Assembly (NCBI GenBank): GCA_951406725.2
Contig: OX597827.1
Span: 77,810,001-77,874,000 of the forward strand
Direction of reading: 5' to 3'
From: Octopus vulgaris
Taxonomy: Eukaryota
Length of the DNA stretch: 64,000 nt
Under the pieces are notes generated by a model. That model saw nothing but the letters and a program-made list of their open reading frames with translations. It was not told the DNA's origin and ran no database searches. A program made the translations under genes and the position numbers. This document shows positions 61,493 to 64,000 of this stretch, piece after piece (the stretch's first letter is position 1; each line of letters begins with the position of its first letter).

Positions 61493-62004
61493 GTGAGTCT
61501 GCTGTGGAACTGTAGAAGTTTGGTTTGTAACGGACAAAATGTCAACAGAGAAATAAGATATTTGTGAAACATGTCAGGTGTGTTCTGACTGGAACTGACT
61601 GGTCCAAACCAGTTTGATAGTTGGTTTTTTTTTTTGCCATTATTTTTTTGAAAACTACAAAATTAATAACAGAAAATATTTAAGATATTCACAAGAAATA
61701 TCTATCCTTCAGTAGAAGTTTCTGGAATAATTTTTAAGAAAAATACAAAAAGATATTTTAAAACTGGAGAAATTGAGTGACAATGGAGTAAACCCATATG
61801 AGAAAGGCTTATTTTTGTTGTAGTTACATATATACATACATATCTATTACATATATATATATACATGCATGTGTGTGTATGTATATATATTTATATATAT
61901 ATATATATATATATTTGGAAAGAAACAAAAATGATTTTAAGACCATTCTTACATTTTATGGAATGTGACTTTGTTAAAGAAATTCTTTGGAATTATATTT
62001 TCAG
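61493..62004 (+). other. Candidate 5'UTR intron of the zinc-finger gene
   Basis: Donor ACC|GTGAGT at 61493 and acceptor ATATTTTCAG| ending at 62004. Contains T-runs and a (TA)n tract. Motif-only prediction. Confidence 0.35.
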
Positions 62005-62267
62005 TATATCATAATTCTTTGGTTGTGCTGAGAAAAGAAAGAGAAAAAATATATAGAGAGAGAGAGAGAAAAAAAAAGAAGATAAAAAAAAAAAACAAAG
62101 AAGAAGAACAGTTTTGAAAAAACAGAAACATAATTAAATGTGAAGACATAGAAATTATTATATGAAAAAAATAAGTCAATTAAGGAAACTAACAAATGAA
62201 GGAATAACGAGGAAACGCTGTTTGAAGAAGGCCATTTGGTGAAGGATCGTTTGACATCGGCATTACA

Positions 62268-64000
62268 ATGTTTTCTGTGCATTCCCTGTATGGTAACATG
62301 GGAAATGATTTCAACTTGGAATTCAGCATCGACAGCAGCCGTTTGATATGCGATCAGCCTGTCTTCCCTCAGAATGAACTCTACCACCAGCAGCTGCAGC
62401 AGACGGGCAGTTTCTGCAGCGGTGGGAGCAACGGCGGCACCGTGAAACCGAAAGAAGAGAAATCAGTGTTTCCCATCGCGAACGATGGCTACACGATTAG
62501 CCATAGCCTCGCTGGTAAAAGCCTCGTTAGCAACGACAGCCATCATAATGAGAAGCCGAGCAAAAGCAGCAACAGTGCCGGCAACAACAACAACAGCCAC
62601 CACCACCACCACCACAACAACAACAATAATGTCAACCACGTTAACCACATCGCTGTCAGCTCTACCACCACCACCACTGCTAATGTTACAACTACAACTG
62701 CAGCTACTACAAACAGTTCTGCTATTACTACTACTACTACTATTACTTCTACTTCTACTACATCTTCTACTACTACTACTAGTACTACCACTATTTCTAG
62801 TGACTGTGTCGATGGTATGGGTTTAGGCCCGGACGACAGTAAGGACAGAAGCTGTTTCCTGAACGTTGGTAATAATGTCGACGAGGATTCGTTGTGTGAC
62901 GAGGCCAGCATGAATGGCCTTGGTGCGGTCAGAGAGAGTTGGCTGGACAAGGACAACCACCTGAACAACAACAATCACCTGAACTGTAACAATAACATTA
63001 CGAACAGCTGGATAGGTTGTGATTTGAAAGAGAGAATAGCCATGGGCTGGATGAGTGGTAGTGTGAGTAGCAGTGATAGTATTGGTGGTGGTGGTGGTGG
63101 TGGTGGTGGTGGTGGTGGTCAGACAGTCGTGAAAACCGAAAGGACAGACTCGAAAGCCTTCAAGTGCCATCTCTGCCGTAAAGCATTCTCGCGACGTGCC
63201 AACCTGCGCAACCACGAGCGTGCGCACTGGAACGGCAAACAGCACTCGTGTCTTCATTGTGGCAAGCTCTTCTCACACCGTGCACACCTGGTCATCCACG
63301 AGCGAACTCACACTGGAGAGAAGCCATTCCTTTGCCCTGTGTGTCCGAAGCATTTTGCACAGAAGGTGCACCTTCAGAATCATGCGAGGACCCACACGGG
63401 CGAGAAACCTTACCGTTGCCGATACTGTACGAAAGCATTTGCTCAGAGGGACCACTTAAACAACCACGAACGTATCCATACCGGGGAGAAACCATTTACG
63501 TGTTTGAGGTGTTCAAAATCATTTACCCAACGTGGACACTTAAAGAACCACCAAAGAACGCACACGGGGGAGGCGCCCTACAAGTGCAGCTTGTGTTCAA
63601 AGGCGTTTGCACAGCGATCACACCTGAACAACCATGAGCGCACGCACAACGGTGGCGCTCACAGTCTTCATAGTAACATAAGCAACAGCAGCAATAGTAA
63701 CGACAGTTGCAGTGACGGACGATCGCACATGAATGATTCCGAACATCTCCACAACAACAACAACAACAACAACACCACCACCAACTCTCCCGTTTCGATG
63801 TATAACCGATGCTGCAGTGCAGTGAGTTGCACTTGCAGCTGTGGTGTGTGTGAGAGGTGTCGTGGTGTGCAGTTAGGGATTAAAGTTGAGGAGGACAGCA
63901 ATGATGGAATAGCAGAGTGCAGTAGCAGATGCGACTGCAGCAACAGCAGTGGCAGCTGCAGCAGCACGAGCTGTACCAGCAGCAACAGCTGCGCCAGCAA
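62268..64000 (+). CDS. C2H2 zinc-finger protein (six Kruppel-type fingers), 3'-incomplete in window
   Basis: Manual translation from acaATGt at 62268 (in-frame TGA upstream at 62223) is stop-free to the window end (577 codons). It starts MFSVHSLYGNMGNDF and has poly-N/H/T/G tracts. Fingers at 63159-63647: FKCHLCRKAFSRRANLRNHERAH, HSCLHCGKLFSHRAHLVIHERTH, FLCPVCPKHFAQKVHLQNHARTH, YRCRYCTKAFAQRDHLNNHERIH, FTCLRCSKSFTQRGHLKNHQRTH, YKCSLCSKAFAQRSHLNNHERTH, with TGEKP/TGEAP linkers. A Ser/Cys-rich tail follows. Confidence 0.95.
   Translation, partial: MFSVHSLYGNMGNDFNLEFSIDSSRLICDQPVFPQNELYHQQLQQTGSFCSGGSNGGTVKPKEEKSVFPIANDGYTISHSLAGKSLVSNDSHHNEKPSKSSNSAGNNNNSHHHHHHNNNNNVNHVNHIAVSSTTTTTANVTTTTAATTNSSAITTTTTITSTSTTSSTTTTSTTTISSDCVDGMGLGPDDSKDRSCFLNVGNNVDEDSLCDEASMNGLGAVRESWLDKDNHLNNNNHLNCNNNITNSWIGCDLKERIAMGWMSGSVSSSDSIGGGGGGGGGGGGQTVVKTERTDSKAFKCHLCRKAFSRRANLRNHERAHWNGKQHSCLHCGKLFSHRAHLVIHERTHTGEKPFLCPVCPKHFAQKVHLQNHARTHTGEKPYRCRYCTKAFAQRDHLNNHERIHTGEKPFTCLRCSKSFTQRGHLKNHQRTHTGEAPYKCSLCSKAFAQRSHLNNHERTHNGGAHSLHSNISNSSNSNDSCSDGRSHMNDSEHLHNNNNNNNTTTNSPVSMYNRCCSAVSCTCSCGVCERCRGVQLGIKVEEDSNDGIAECSSRCDCSNSSGSCSSTSCTSSNSCAS

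Noticed and set aside
62463-64000. Supplied ORFs overlapping the zinc-finger gene in other frames or on the minus strand
   Set aside because: Shadows of the real stop-free frame starting at 62268.

Overview
This is an AT-rich, microsatellite-saturated animal genomic window. The SINE families, repeat density and C2H2 gene style suggest an octopus or other coleoid cephalopod (inference, no search run). Almost all ORFs in the supplied track are translations of (TA)n, (CA)n, (ATCT)n, (GGT)n or GA-rich tracts. The one clear host CDS is missing from the track because it has no stop inside the window: a + strand C2H2 zinc-finger protein from ATG 62268 running past 64000, with six fingers. It is preceded by four phased CCAAT boxes. 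The rest is a TE graveyard: about five SINE families, RTE, CR1, R4/Dong-like and Hero-like LINE relics, a hAT transposase relic, MITEs and two Helitron-like elements. The most interesting signal is a set of short, often fold-back (palindromic) elements carrying minimal type I hammerhead ribozyme motifs, in at least three unrelated sequence families. One is a ~530-bp head-to-head palindrome whose arms read tRNA-like Pol III head, (AAT)n, hammerhead, tail (52211-52740, with a centre-deleted copy at 54749-55020). All structures were read by eye. None was folded computationally or tested.
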